Source: a virus. From it: a stretch of 64,000 nt of DNA. Each line of letters begins with the position of its first letter. The stretch's first letter is position 1. The translations under genes were made by a program, and so were the position numbers. Shown one piece after another: positions 1-7,810 of this stretch. The stretch covers positions 1-64,000 of IMG/VR virus record IMGVR_UViG_3300030106_005509. One strand, 5' to 3'. Below the pieces are notes generated by a model that saw only the letters and a list, made by a program, of their open reading frames with translations, was not told the DNA's origin and did not search any database.

Positions 1-203
1 ATTTTAGGATTTTTTCTTTCAACCAGTCGAGCTTCCAACTCTCGCATATACTTCCAATTCTCTTGGACAGCTTCCCAAGCGGGCAGAGTGTTCTGCTCAA
101 TCAGTGTGCGGTTAGTATTGTAAAGCTCATCGAGCTTTTCGATGATGTTGGCAATGATTTGTTGATTGTCTTCTTTGCGGCATAGTACATATCGAGTAGT
201 CAT
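1..203 (-). CDS. small hypothetical (probably early) protein, truncated by the window edge
   Basis: ATG at 203 with GGAGA RBS upstream. Reads open as MTTRYVLCRKEDNQQIIANIIEKLDELYN... to position 1. Absent from the ORF track because it has no stop in the window. Confidence 0.7.
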   Translation of the reverse strand, partial: MTTRYVLCRKEDNQQIIANIIEKLDELYNTNRTLIEQNTLPAWEAVQENWKYMRELEARLVERKNPK

Positions 204-244
204 TTTGTTTTCTCCCAAAAACGTTTGTTGTTTTGTATGCTCTT

Positions 245-272
245 ATTATACATACTTATCGGCATTTGTCAA
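245..272 (-). promoter_or_regulatory. sigma-70-type leftward promoter
   Basis: Minus strand reads TTGACA-16 nt-TATAAT, with CGATA 6 nt upstream of the -10, directly ahead of the 203-> gene. Confidence 0.8.
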
Positions 273-333
273 TAGCTACATTAACAAAATTCTGAAATAA
301 TTCTAATTAATTCTGTACCATAAAAGTAAACGC

Positions 334-350
334 CATATACTACTATAACG
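334..350 (-). promoter_or_regulatory. leftward promoter-like element, copy 2
   Basis: Minus strand CGTTA-N6-TATATG, same geometry as the 245-261 element. Confidence 0.45.
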
Positions 351-423
351 CCAATTAGTGTATAAGCCATTGCATCTAAAATCTTATCTAACATTCTATT
401 ACCTTTTGATTAATTGTTTATCT

Positions 424-440
424 CTTATACTATACTATCG
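424..440 (-). promoter_or_regulatory. leftward promoter-like element, copy 3
   Basis: Minus strand CGATA-N6-TATAAG, same geometry as the 245-261 element. Confidence 0.5.
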
Positions 441-649
441 CCTATAGGTGTGACACATGTGGTCACTATCTATAAAAATTCTCAAAAAAAACCAAAATAA
501 AAAAAATGGCATAAATTAGGGTAAAATTCTGCTTTTTAGCTCAGCCTAAACCATTAGGGGGGGTTTTTCGTTAGTGAGATAGAGTCTCAATAGCATGGAT
601 ATTCGCGGGGGTGGTGCAGACAAAACTAAAGCGCTCTGCTTTCCATGTC

Positions 650-847
650 TTAGCTAATCCATCCTATTAGAAGCTTAGTGAGCCACTCGATTAGAATTGG
701 ACTGAACCACATCAGCAGCACAATAGAGATAACAAAAGCGACATCGCACCAATCGGTTGTTGGCGGTCTATGTCTCTCTCCCCAACGGTCTGAGCTTTTT
801 AGATGCCGCCTTGGGTCTTTTTTAGGCGGCTCATACGGATTAGACAT
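650..847 (-). CDS. small membrane protein
   Basis: 65 aa with N-terminal NPYEPP and one hydrophobic helix (VAFVISIVLLMWFSPILI). Start overlaps the stop of the 840-1295 gene. Confidence 0.65.
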   Translation of the reverse strand: MSNPYEPPKKDPRRHLKSSDRWGERHRPPTTDWCDVAFVISIVLLMWFSPILIEWLTKLLIGWIS

Positions 848-1295
848 TTATATTGCGCTTGTTTCCGTTTTTCTGCATCGCAACTTCGGGATCAATACCC
901 TTATTCAGACGATTGTAGAAAGCTGCGTATGAGACCTCGCACCTATCGTCGTCCACCCACTCTGAAATGTTCTTTTCTTCACCAAATGCCAGAATCTTTA
1001 CGTTTGATTTCATGTTGTTGGCATTTTCTTTCGGCGTCATCTCGCTTAGATTCTCTCTAGTGTTATTAAGACGGTCCTGATCTGCATGGTCAACGAAGAT
1101 ATATGGATTAGTAGTACCCAGAACCATTCTATGCATAGCCTTATGACGCCCTTTGATCTTAGTTACGGCATATCCATTCTTATTTACGTGCCAACTATAC
1201 TGACTTAGCAACGGATAATCCTCTGGACTAACCTTAGCGGCTTTACCAGCGCCCAAAATACCACCTAAATATATCTCTACGTAGTTATCACTCAT
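840..1295 (-). CDS. HNH endonuclease (homing-endonuclease-like, HNH_3 type)
   Basis: MHRMVLG...VDHADQDRLNNTRENL motif, plus a short C-terminal putative DNA-binding segment (GEEKNISEW...). Confidence 0.8.
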   Translation of the reverse strand: MSDNYVEIYLGGILGAGKAAKVSPEDYPLLSQYSWHVNKNGYAVTKIKGRHKAMHRMVLGTTNPYIFVDHADQDRLNNTRENLSEMTPKENANNMKSNVKILAFGEEKNISEWVDDDRCEVSYAAFYNRLNKGIDPEVAMQKNGNKRNINV

Positions 1296-1509
1296 CTTCT
1301 TTGTTCCTTTGTACCTGACATTTGCCTCTGCCAGACTTCTTATTTATTCCTTGCCTATACCTAGACTTCCGAACTTGATCAATCGTCACGCGCCCACCTT
1401 CATCACTTAAACTATAACGGATACGGGTGAGTTCGTCGGCTATCTGTTCGTCTTTTAGTATGTTAGCAAACTGTTTTACGTACTCGTGTTCTTGTTTGCT
1501 GAGTTTCAT
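1288..1509 (-). CDS. small putative helix-turn-helix protein
   Basis: 73 aa, KDEQIADELTR...VTIDQVRKSRYRQGI pattern; translationally coupled to the HNH gene. Confidence 0.6.
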   Translation of the reverse strand: MKLSKQEHEYVKQFANILKDEQIADELTRIRYSLSDEGGRVTIDQVRKSRYRQGINKKSGRGKCQVQRNKEDE

Positions 1510-1544
1510 GCAACACCTTAAATGTGTCTTATTAAAATCTTTTA

Positions 1545-1553
1545 GTGTATAAT
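1545..1553 (+). promoter_or_regulatory. putative late promoter GTGTATAAT
   Basis: Motif recurs in intergenic gaps ahead of structural operons. Confidence 0.7.
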
Positions 1554-1597
1554 ACTATACTGGCGACTTTTTAATTTTACACACTTGGAGCTAAAAC

Positions 1598-1777
1598 ATG
1601 TCAGACAAAGTTGGAATGAGTTTGTCTATTAAAGCCACTGCTAGCGTGGAATCATCTGTAAAAAAAGAACTTTTGGTTGAAGATCCAACTCAAGAAAAAG
1701 CACAAGCTATCTTAAGAGGTGAAAATGAAGATACCAAAGGGGATGAGCGAGAGCGAAGTTCTGGAAGTGATCAATAG
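1598..1777 (+). CDS. small hypothetical protein (59 aa)
   Basis: GGAG RBS at 1587-1590, ATG 1598, TAG 1775-1777; MSDKVGMSLSIKATAS...; just under the ORF-track size cutoff. Confidence 0.55.
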   Translation: MSDKVGMSLSIKATASVESSVKKELLVEDPTQEKAQAILRGENEDTKGDERERSSGSDQ

Positions 1778-2276
1778 GATTGCAGACAGATACGCATACA
1801 AATTCCGTTTTGGTTATTTTGAAGCTGAAGACATACGTCAAGAAGCCGTTATAATTGCTATGGAAGCTCTTGACAGGTATGAAGACGGTAGGCCATTAGA
1901 AAACTTTTTAGCAGTACACGTAAAAAACAGGCTTACAAACTTTAAAAGAGACAAATATTACAGACAGACGAAAGAAAATTCAGACGCACAGAAGAAACAC
2001 AACAACAGTAAGAAGTTTTTAATGGAACCTCTTGACATCTACAACATAAGAGATGAGCAGGAGATGAACATGAGGATAGATGACGAGTTTGTTGATGACT
2101 GTGAGCAAGATGAAATTATACAGATCATAAATATGAACCTAGATGTCGGTTTAAGATCTGATTATTTGCGCATAAAAGACGGTTGTTACGTCGCAAAGCC
2201 GCGCAGAGAAAAAATACTAGAAGAAATTAATAACATACTGAGAGATAACGGATATGAAGAAAGGGAGATTCTCTAA
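1725..2276 (+). CDS. phage-encoded sigma-70-family (region 2-like) transcription factor
   Basis: IADRYAYKF...EAEDIRQEAVIIAMEALDRYEDGRPLENFLAVHVKNRLTNFKR resembles sigma region 2. Start placed at ATG 1725 after GAGGTG. Confidence 0.75.
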   Translation: MKIPKGMSESEVLEVINRIADRYAYKFRFGYFEAEDIRQEAVIIAMEALDRYEDGRPLENFLAVHVKNRLTNFKRDKYYRQTKENSDAQKKHNNSKKFLMEPLDIYNIRDEQEMNMRIDDEFVDDCEQDEIIQIINMNLDVGLRSDYLRIKDGCYVAKPRREKILEEINNILRDNGYEEREIL

Positions 2277-3048
2277 ACAAGAGCAAGATTTCATAAAAAA
2301 CAATTATGAAACGCTCTCAATTGAGCAAATTGCTACTCAATTGGACAGAGACCCTGATTCTGTAGAGTCTTACGTGAACTCTAAATTGGGTAAGACGGCA
2401 ATCGACAAGCGAGAAATTGAAGCTTACTACGATTTGAAGTCAAGACCTTACTGGAGAGAGCTTGAAAGTCAGTTTTCTGAGCGAGAACTAGAGATACTCA
2501 TCTATCACTGGGGCCGAATAATCGGCCAATTCCGGGATGATGTCCTTCCCACCGAAGAATTACAGGTTTTAGATGCCATCAAGCTCGAAGTTTTAATGAA
2601 TCGCGCCCTCAAAGACCAACAAACCAACATGAGGGAGATAGATAAGTTCGAGGAACTCATCACTGACGAGAAGTTAAAGCCAATCGAAGTCCAAGATAAA
2701 GACTATATATTTAATCTAGAGAGACAAATCGCAATATGTAGAGCCGCCCAAGAGAGTTTGACTAGAGACTATAGAGATTTACAAACAAAAAAGTCCTCTA
2801 TGCTCAAAGATCTCAAAGCTACTAGAGAACAAAGAGTCAAAAGACTCGAAGACTCTAAGCAAACCTTTATTGGATGGGTGAGAAATCTCATAGCAGACCC
2901 TGAAGCGCGCCATGAGATGGGTATGGAAATGGAAAAGATGCGATTAGCAGCATACAAAGAGAAAGAAAGACTGTCAGAGTACCACCAATACGAAGACCAG
3001 TTAGTGGATCAACCATTTCTAACACCTGATACGGTAAAAGATGACTAA
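2254..3048 (+). CDS. hypothetical protein with N-terminal Myb/HTH-like segment and coiled coil; terminase small subunit candidate
   Basis: KKGRFSKQEQDFIKNNYETLSIEQIATQLDRDPDSV followed by a coiled coil; lies upstream of TerL. The TerS role is inferred only. Confidence 0.45.
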   Translation: MKKGRFSKQEQDFIKNNYETLSIEQIATQLDRDPDSVESYVNSKLGKTAIDKREIEAYYDLKSRPYWRELESQFSERELEILIYHWGRIIGQFRDDVLPTEELQVLDAIKLEVLMNRALKDQQTNMREIDKFEELITDEKLKPIEVQDKDYIFNLERQIAICRAAQESLTRDYRDLQTKKSSMLKDLKATREQRVKRLEDSKQTFIGWVRNLIADPEARHEMGMEMEKMRLAAYKEKERLSEYHQYEDQLVDQPFLTPDTVKDD

Positions 3049-3814
3049 AAAAATAGTTGTTGCTGGAATGCATAGGACAGGACATCACCCTATTGCAGTA
3101 TGGCTACTACACCAACAGAAAAACATATACGATTTTTCTATCAATACCATTGCCCCTTGGCTATTCCAAGTCCAAACAGATGATGGAACAAGTATTCTCG
3201 CTAACAATCCTCTTAAGCGAGGCCCGGAAGAACACACAGACAAACTGAAGTTTGATGATATCATAGCCGACATATCACCAAATAGGCTTATACTAACGCA
3301 TGAACAAGAGAAAATCTCTCAGGTAGCGTTATCTTGCGCACACTCTAGTGCGGTATCGGGTTCTAACATCAAACCAGAGATAGTAATTATACTACGTGAC
3401 TTTAAAAACTGGCTTGCCAGCTGTATAAAGATGTCACAAAGAGATAATAAACCAATAGAACAAATAGTAAACGATACAAAAGTAGAAAACTACATAGATC
3501 ACTTTAAGTACGTAAACAACGAAGAAACCCCCACACACCACATTCTCTATAACCAATGGGTTACTGATATAAATTACAGAGCAGAGATATGTGACAAGCT
3601 GGGTCTTAAGTTTACCGACGCCGCTATCAACCAACTATCTATATTTGGAGGCGGTAGCTCCTTTGACGGTATGAAGTATATAAAAACCGCTTGGGAGATG
3701 GATGTTAATACCAGATACAAAACAATGGAGTATGATCAAACATACCAAACACTATTACAAAAATATAAACATGTACTAGATATAAGTAACGAGGTATTCG
3801 GTAAACAAATATGA
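3041..3814 (+). CDS. sulfotransferase-like protein
   Basis: VVAGMHRTGHH (5'-PSB-like loop) and IILRDFKNWLAS (3'-PB-like motif). Confidence 0.6.
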   Translation: MTKKIVVAGMHRTGHHPIAVWLLHQQKNIYDFSINTIAPWLFQVQTDDGTSILANNPLKRGPEEHTDKLKFDDIIADISPNRLILTHEQEKISQVALSCAHSSAVSGSNIKPEIVIILRDFKNWLASCIKMSQRDNKPIEQIVNDTKVENYIDHFKYVNNEETPTHHILYNQWVTDINYRAEICDKLGLKFTDAAINQLSIFGGGSSFDGMKYIKTAWEMDVNTRYKTMEYDQTYQTLLQKYKHVLDISNEVFGKQI

Positions 3815-4860
3815 AAAGAGCAATTATATACGGGGTAACAGGACAAGACGGATCATACCTTTCTGAATTCCTACTTAATAAGGGATACAAGGTATATGGT
3901 GTTACACGAAGATCAAGTGTAGACAACACTGCCAGATTGCACATTTCTTTAACAAATAAACGTTTCGAGCTGGTTCAAGGCGATGTCACAGACATGTCTA
4001 GTATCTACCGGTTATTGAGCAACGTCCAACCACACGAAGTGTATAACCTAGCTGCTCAATCTCATGTGGGTACTTCCTTTGAACAACCAACTAATACTTG
4101 GAATGTGGTTGCTCAAGGTTGCATGAACATTCTAGAAACGATCAGGAGCATGTCGAAGCGTCCTCGTTTCTATCAAGCAAGCTCTAGCGAGATGTTTGGC
4201 GATAGCTTTGAGTGTGATGACTCAGATTGCTTAGAAGCCTATCAGGACGAGTATACGGTGTTTAATCCGCAGTCTCCCTACGCAGTGGCTAAGCTGGCCG
4301 CACATCAAGCTACAACGCTCTACAGGAACTCCTACGACATCTTCGCGTGTTCTGGCATATTGTTTAACCATGAGAGCGAAAGACGCGGAGAGAACTTCGT
4401 GACGCGCAAGGTGACGAAGTATATAGCTAAACTACATCAGGCATTGAATGAAGAGGGTGATATACCTATTTTAAGTCTAGGCAATCTTAATGTGGAACGG
4501 GATTGGGGCTATGCACCAGAATACGTAGAAGCCATGTGGCTCATGCTACAACAGGAGAATCCTGACGATTTTGTTATATCTACAGGAGAGACTTGGACTA
4601 TAGAAGACTTTGTAATAGAAGCATTTAGGTGTATAGATATATATGAGTACACAGATTATGTAAAAATAGATGAAAAACTGCGTAGACCTTCTGAAGTTTA
4701 TTATTTGAGGGGTAAAAGTGATAAGGCTAAGGAGCTACTTGGGTGGAGTCCTAAAGTAAGTTTTGAGCAGTTAGTAAAAATAATGGTGGATCATGATATA
4801 CAAGGTGGTTATGGATACGTCGAAGATCAGCTCTCTTATGGAGAGGTTTGGAATAAATGA
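3811..4860 (+). CDS. gmd: GDP-mannose 4,6-dehydratase
   Basis: GVTGQDGSYL, YNLAAQSHV, FYQASSSEMFG, SPYAVAK, GILFNHESERRGENFVTRK, RDWGYA signature motifs. Confidence 0.96.
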   Translation: MKRAIIYGVTGQDGSYLSEFLLNKGYKVYGVTRRSSVDNTARLHISLTNKRFELVQGDVTDMSSIYRLLSNVQPHEVYNLAAQSHVGTSFEQPTNTWNVVAQGCMNILETIRSMSKRPRFYQASSSEMFGDSFECDDSDCLEAYQDEYTVFNPQSPYAVAKLAAHQATTLYRNSYDIFACSGILFNHESERRGENFVTRKVTKYIAKLHQALNEEGDIPILSLGNLNVERDWGYAPEYVEAMWLMLQQENPDDFVISTGETWTIEDFVIEAFRCIDIYEYTDYVKIDEKLRRPSEVYYLRGKSDKAKELLGWSPKVSFEQLVKIMVDHDIQGGYGYVEDQLSYGEVWNK

Positions 4861-5053
4861 ATACGTCAAAAACAGATGTTATTTTTTTATCCAAGCAGAA
4901 GATCCAGACGAAGCTTGTCATCTAGCAATGAATAAGCTGAAAGAAGGCGTATTAAAATACAATCCTATAGATGCCGTAAAAGACATAGTAAAAGATTTTG
5001 ATAATACCACCAAGGTAATTAAAGCATCAAGAATAAAGCCGCGTAAAAGATGA
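4811..5053 (+). CDS. hypothetical protein
   Basis: ORF filling the gap between gmd and HNH; ATG 4811 after AAGGTGG (track start 4793). Confidence 0.6.
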   Translation: MDTSKISSLMERFGINEYVKNRCYFFIQAEDPDEACHLAMNKLKEGVLKYNPIDAVKDIVKDFDNTTKVIKASRIKPRKR

Positions 5054-5319
5054 AAAGAGACTATCACGATCCAGTTTATGCAAGCTGGCGCAAACAGGTA
5101 TATGAAAGAGACTCTTATGAGTGTCAAATGCCCGGATGTAATAGTAAAAAGAAGCGTCTTAATGCGCATCATATAATTAGGTGGGCAGATGCTCCTCATT
5201 TGCGTTACGATTTGAATAATGGAATAACGCTGTGTTGGAAATGCCACAAAGAAGTAACGGGAGCAGAACGGAACTATGCGAGTCTGTTTTGGGACATACT
5301 AAGAAACAATGAGAAGTGA
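5050..5319 (+). CDS. small HNH endonuclease (terminase-associated type)
   Basis: WRKQVYERDSYECQMPGC...AHHI...NGITLCWKCH; upstream of TerL. Confidence 0.85.
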   Translation: MKRDYHDPVYASWRKQVYERDSYECQMPGCNSKKKRLNAHHIIRWADAPHLRYDLNNGITLCWKCHKEVTGAERNYASLFWDILRNNEK

Positions 5320-5797
5320 ATACATAATATTAAGAGACACGAGAGAGAAGAACGGCTGGACTTTTCAATCGTTTGACCGCTGCAAAGCCGTGAAAGACTG
5401 GGGTTTGAAGACCGGCGACTACACGGCGAGAGGATTGGAAAAGAGCCTAGTAATTGAGCGCAAGGCCAGCACAGGCGAATTGGCTATGAATTTAGGGCAA
5501 AAGAGGAAGCCGTTTGAAGCAGAAATGGAGCGTATGTCTAATTTCCGATGGGCATACATAGTATGTGAGTTCTCGATTGACGACATTATGTCGTTCCCTG
5601 AGAACTCAGGAATACCAAAAAAGAGATGGCAGTACATGAGGATGAACGGAAAGTTTATATGGCGGAGAGTTAGGGAGTTGGAGGAAAAATATAACGTGGT
5701 GTTTCTATTCTGCGAAAACAAAGTGGATGCCGAAGAAAGAGTGTTTAGGATTTTTGATGAAGTTACGGAGATACTAATTCGTGAACAAGTCAGTTAA
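5309..5797 (+). CDS. ERCC4/XPF-type nuclease
   Basis: RDTRE...LKTGDY...VIERKASTGEL matches the ERCC4 GDxnERK motif set. Confidence 0.8.
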   Translation: MRSEYIILRDTREKNGWTFQSFDRCKAVKDWGLKTGDYTARGLEKSLVIERKASTGELAMNLGQKRKPFEAEMERMSNFRWAYIVCEFSIDDIMSFPENSGIPKKRWQYMRMNGKFIWRRVRELEEKYNVVFLFCENKVDAEERVFRIFDEVTEILIREQVS

Positions 5798-7745
5798 TAC
5801 ACTTAAAATATTAGAAGATGCATGGCTGAATCTAGACCAAGACAGCTCGAATATTGTAAATCCATTTGCAATTGAAACTGAAGAAGAGTTTCATATAAAG
5901 TTAACTTGGCTTTTGGCAAATCCAGAATACTTCTCTTTTATATGTAAACACATATTTAATGTAGAAATATTACCCTCGCAAGCTCTTTTCTTGCAAGAAA
6001 TGTGGTATAGAAAATTCCCAATGCTTATCGCTAGTCGTGGTTTTGGTAAGTCTTTCATACTATCTCTATATTCTATGCTTAGGGCTTTGCTAATGCCCGG
6101 AAGAAAGATAGTCATCGTTGGTGCTGCTTTCCGTCAATCTAAAGTTCTTTTTGAGTACATGGACACGATATGGCGAAATGCACCACTCTTAAGAGATATA
6201 GCCGGTGGCAATAGTGGACCGCGTAAAGATGTTGATATGTGCAGAATGATCATAGGCGACAGCACGGTAACATGCTTGCCTCTTGGCGATGGAAGTAAAA
6301 TTCGTGGTCAACGTGCTAATGACATTGTGGCTGATGAATTTGCATCTATACCTCGTGCAATTTTTGAAAACGTTGTAGCAGGTTTTGCTGCTGTATCAGC
6401 TTCACCGATAGAAAATGTCAAACGGATAGCGGCGGAAAAACAAGCTAAATCAAAAGGTATCCAATTAGATGATACTAGAGATGAGATGACCAAGCGCGGA
6501 AACCAGATTATTCTTTCTGGTACTGCTTACTATGACTTCAACCACTTTGCCGAATACTGGAAGAAATGGAAACAAATTATAAACAGTAAGGGCGATAAGA
6601 AGAAATTAGGAGAGGTGTTTGGCGAGGATGGAGTTCCTGATGACTTTGACTGGACTGAATATTCTATCATTAGGGTTCCTTTTGAGCTTTTGCCAGAAGG
6701 GTTCATGGATGCCGGTCAGGTAGCTAGATCTAAGGCCACCGTACACGCTGGTATATACCAAATGGAGTTTGGCGCTTGTTTCTCTAGTGATAGTAATGGC
6801 TTTTTCAAAAGATCGCTTATAGAGGCTTCTCCTGAGAATGAAATAAGCCTGCCTAGCGGTGAAGTTAACTTTCATGCCTCGATAAGAGGAAACCCAAAAG
6901 CTAGGTACGTGTATGGGATTGACCCTGCTTCTGAAGTAGACAACTTTTCGATTGTCGTTATGGAGTTGCACGAAGACCACTCAAGGATTGTTTATTGCTG
7001 GACTACCAACAGGTCTGAGCATAAAGAGAAGATAAAAGCGGGAGTTGTAAGCGAAACAGATTTCTATTCTTACTGTGCTAGAAAGATCAGAGACCTAATG
7101 AAGGTATTCCCTTGCGAGGAGATCGCTCTAGACGCTCAGGGTGGCGGTATAGCGATCATGGAGGCTCTACACGACAAGGATAAGATACAAGAGGGAGAGC
7201 TTCCCATATGGCCTACTATAGACGAGAAAAAAGAAAAAGATACCGATGGTCAAGCAGGACTACACATTGTCGAGCTTATACAGTTTGCTAAAGCGGATTG
7301 GGTTGGAGAGGCTAATCATGGGTTAAGAAAGGATTTTGAGGACAAGGTAGTGCTATTCCCCTACTTTGACTCCGCTACCATAGGTTTAGCTATATCCGAC
7401 GACAAACTAAAAAATAGGCTATATGACACGCTAGAGGATTGTGTGATGGAAATAGAAGAGCTTAAGGATGAACTCTCTATGATTATCATGTCACAGACAA
7501 ATTCTGGCAGAGATAAATGGGACACTCCTGAAGTCAAACTTCCGGGAGGAAGAAAAGACCGACTTAGAAAAGACCGTTACTCATCTTTAATTATGGCTAA
7601 CATGTCTGCAAGAAAGATAAGAAGAACCCCAACGCCACAAGAGTATAACGCCGTTGGCGGGTGGGCTGGAAAAACAGTATCTCAAAGTGGAGATGGTTTT
7701 ATAGGCCCTGCTTGGTTTACAGAAGGAATGAAAGATGTGTATTAA
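5781..7745 (+). CDS. terL: terminase large subunit
   Basis: Walker A ASRGFGKS, IRGQRA and Walker B IVADEF, LSGT motif III, nuclease YGIDPAS and C-terminal KDRYSS. Confidence 0.9.
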   Translation: MNKSVNTLKILEDAWLNLDQDSSNIVNPFAIETEEEFHIKLTWLLANPEYFSFICKHIFNVEILPSQALFLQEMWYRKFPMLIASRGFGKSFILSLYSMLRALLMPGRKIVIVGAAFRQSKVLFEYMDTIWRNAPLLRDIAGGNSGPRKDVDMCRMIIGDSTVTCLPLGDGSKIRGQRANDIVADEFASIPRAIFENVVAGFAAVSASPIENVKRIAAEKQAKSKGIQLDDTRDEMTKRGNQIILSGTAYYDFNHFAEYWKKWKQIINSKGDKKKLGEVFGEDGVPDDFDWTEYSIIRVPFELLPEGFMDAGQVARSKATVHAGIYQMEFGACFSSDSNGFFKRSLIEASPENEISLPSGEVNFHASIRGNPKARYVYGIDPASEVDNFSIVVMELHEDHSRIVYCWTTNRSEHKEKIKAGVVSETDFYSYCARKIRDLMKVFPCEEIALDAQGGGIAIMEALHDKDKIQEGELPIWPTIDEKKEKDTDGQAGLHIVELIQFAKADWVGEANHGLRKDFEDKVVLFPYFDSATIGLAISDDKLKNRLYDTLEDCVMEIEELKDELSMIIMSQTNSGRDKWDTPEVKLPGGRKDRLRKDRYSSLIMANMSARKIRRTPTPQEYNAVGGWAGKTVSQSGDGFIGPAWFTEGMKDVY

Positions 7746-7749
7746 TTTG

Positions 7750-7758
7750 GTGTATAAT
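7750..7758 (+). promoter_or_regulatory. putative late promoter GTGTATAAT
   Basis: Exact motif in the terL-portal gap. Confidence 0.7.
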
Positions 7759-7810
7759 CAATTAGATTAATCTTTCAATCATTCCAATTACATTCCAAAC
7801 GAGAAAAATA

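Noticed and set aside
449-467. CRP-like site TGTGA...TCACT
   Set aside because: Spacer is 9 nt rather than 6; kept only as an inverted repeat
678-1060. Plus-strand ORFs 678-932 and 803-1060
   Set aside because: Antisense to the better-supported coupled minus-strand HNH and membrane-protein genes
5781-7745. Intein or intron in the 654-aa terminase
   Set aside because: ATPase and nuclease motifs are in one frame with no splicing motifs or embedded endonuclease
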